Below, piece after piece: positions 62,723 to 64,000 of a stretch of DNA of 64,000 bases. Source of the stretch: Actinomycetes bacterium (GTDB lineage Bacteria; Actinomycetota; Acidimicrobiia; Acidimicrobiales; GCA-2861595); contig JAHFUS010000003.1 of the NCBI GenBank assembly GCA_023264975.1, positions 26,921 to 90,920 of the forward strand. The letters are read 5' to 3'. The number at the start of each line of letters is the position of its first letter. The first letter of the stretch is position 1. The notes beneath the pieces were generated by a model, which made no database searches, had not been told where the DNA came from, and was given only the letters and a program-made list of their open reading frames with translations. The translations under genes and the position numbers were made by a program.

Positions 62723-62778
62723 GTGAGCGGCGATGGCACCGGTCTTCTTCTGCGCCTCCGTCCGTCACCGTCACACCG

Positions 62779-64000
62779 CTACAGGTCGATCCCAAGGTCG
62801 CTGACATTTAGGTGAGGGGCGAGTTCGGGCGCGGCGAGATCCGCCACGTGGTCCCAGGCCAGCGCGTCGAGATAGTCGGCCGGCCGAGGGCCGATGGCAC
62901 CGGCCAGCCCATACTCGTCGGTGACGAACCCGTCGGCGGGACTGCGGCCGAGCTCGCGGTGGCGGTAGGACTCGATGCGCTCGGCGCCGTCATGCCACCG
63001 GCTCGACCGATCCGTCCGGTCGGGGTGCTCGCCGAGGGCCGACACGAGGTACGCCGATGATGCGGACACGGCGGCCGAGATCTGGCGATCCAGCGCCGAC
63101 TCCACCACGTCCAGACGCTCGGGCACGAGCTGCCGGGTCGGCAGGCTCGCTTCGACGGCCCCCAGTGCCGATTCGGCCTCCTGCACGGCGTCGAGGGCGG
63201 CGGCCTGGCGGCGGTCGGCGGCGTCCAGCGACTGGCGAGCCACGTCGATGCCGTGGCGGTCGCGGCGCCACCGTGGCGCCTCAAGCTCGCTGAGCCGATC
63301 GGCCAGGGTGGCGCGATCGGCCTCGACCTCGGAGAGATGGCGCCGGGCAAAGGCCACCGTTGCGGCGGCGCCGTCGTGTCGCCCCGGAGCGAGCCCGATG
63401 GCCAGCTGGCGTTGCAGATAGCGCCGTTCGACCGCCAGCTCAGCCGGCGACCGGCGGGCCAGGTGGACGACCTCGGCTCGTCGGAGCAGCGCAGCCGTCG
63501 TCTCGTAGTGGGCCATGGCGCTCCCGGTGGGAGCGGACCCCAGCGCCCAGGTGGCTCCGGCACCATCCTCGATCGGCGTCACGGCGAAACGGGCCCTGTA
63601 GACGGCGACCTCGCCGACGGCCCGGTCCCATTCCCTTCGGTCGAGGCCCCCGGCCGGACGCGGGCCGAGCCGCGCCACCAGGGCCGGATCGGGTTCGAGG
63701 CAGGCGGCGCTGGCGATCGCGGCGGCAGCCTGGCGGTACGCCCGGGCGGGGAGCGAGGTCGCCGGGTCCGGGCTGGCCTGGGCCAGCGACACCAGATCGG
63801 CCAGGTTGTGCGAGCGGCGCAGAGACGCCACCTCGACGGCGGCCGGGTCGGCGTCGACGGCGAGGCGCTCGGCTCGCTGCGCCTCCAGTTGGCGGACGAC
63901 GGCCTCCAGGGTGGTGCTGTCGTTCTCCAGGCGGGGCAGGCCGAGGTGCTGGTCGGCCGACGGAGCAAGGTCGCGACGGCGCACCATGTACAGCCGGGCG
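62779..64000 (-). CDS. Large hypothetical protein, C-terminal 400+ aa only (open at the window edge); relaxase/helicase-tail-like
   Basis: Track ORF 62779-63987. The frame stays open to 64000. It carries two copies of an R..W..A...I..YR.R motif (DRREWDRAVGEVAVYRARF and RSSRWHDGAERIESYRHRE). From memory these resemble the C-terminal regions of actinobacterial MobF/TraA-type relaxases, so the functional call is weak. Confidence 0.5.
   Translation of the reverse strand, partial: ARLYMVRRRDLAPSADQHLGLPRLENDSTTLEAVVRQLEAQRAERLAVDADPAAVEVASLRRSHNLADLVSLAQASPDPATSLPARAYRQAAAAIASAACLEPDPALVARLGPRPAGGLDRREWDRAVGEVAVYRARFAVTPIEDGAGATWALGSAPTGSAMAHYETTAALLRRAEVVHLARRSPAELAVERRYLQRQLAIGLAPGRHDGAAATVAFARRHLSEVEADRATLADRLSELEAPRWRRDRHGIDVARQSLDAADRRQAAALDAVQEAESALGAVEASLPTRQLVPERLDVVESALDRQISAAVSASSAYLVSALGEHPDRTDRSSRWHDGAERIESYRHRELGRSPADGFVTDEYGLAGAIGPRPADYLDALAWDHVADLAAPELAPHLNVSDLGIDL

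Larger units (their letters stand above)
59713..64000. mobile_element. Degraded integrative island inserted at the 3' side of tRNA-Thr (right boundary not in the window)
   Basis: An integrase stub lies 98 nt after the tRNA. GC content is visibly lower. Cargo is a HIRAN protein and an HNH nuclease. There is also a truncated, frameshifted DUF4143 ATPase gene and a relaxase-tail-like ORF at the edge. Confidence 0.5.

Overview
This is 64 kb of very GC-rich chromosome (by eye about 70% G+C, strong GC3 bias) of actinobacterial type. It codes densely on both strands, with many 4-nt start/stop overlaps. At this GC content most long ORFs in the six-frame track are shadow ORFs. I therefore called genes only where the translation shows motifs, a sensible start and a coherent context.

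Content from left to right:
1. Assorted enzymes: SNase-like lipoprotein fragment, M23 peptidase, PAP2 phosphatase, alpha/beta hydrolase, SnoaL-like protein, DUF72, CrtI-family oxidoreductase, MalQ and an ATP-dependent DNA ligase.
2. A metal(loid) neighbourhood:
- a zinc-ribbon radical-SAM enzyme next to an ArsM-like methyltransferase;
- a cupredoxin lipoprotein;
- copZ with a CsoR-type operator and a decayed copA;
- an HTH-TOBE regulator coupled to modABC.
3. A three-gene envelope operon dominated by a 3187-aa N-terminally anchored giant protein (15% of the window).
4. A PLC/AcpA-type phosphoesterase carrying an internal 4-TM insertion, a DHA2 MFS pump, glnE, nadE and a group-2-like sigma factor.
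5. tRNA-Sec (selC).
6. An actinobacterial tad/flp pilus locus followed directly by an LPXTG protein, a sortase and an FN3 membrane protein.
7. A conserved housekeeping block: STAS antagonist, anti-sigma kinase, OB-fold protein, two trkA genes, a DtxR-family regulator coupled to hppA, dedA, topA, an MFS transporter, tmk, holB and tRNA-Thr.
8. Downstream of tRNA-Thr, a lower-GC degraded integrative island: integrase stub, HIRAN protein, HNH_2 nuclease, DUF4143 pseudogene and a relaxase-tail-like ORF that runs off the right edge.

I saw no rRNA, no CRISPR array and no intact transposase.

The most unusual items are the giant-protein operon, the radical-SAM/ArsM-like pair, the TM-interrupted phosphoesterase, the tad-sortase composite locus and the HIRAN/HNH island. 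All functional calls rest on motif recognition by eye; no database search was possible.
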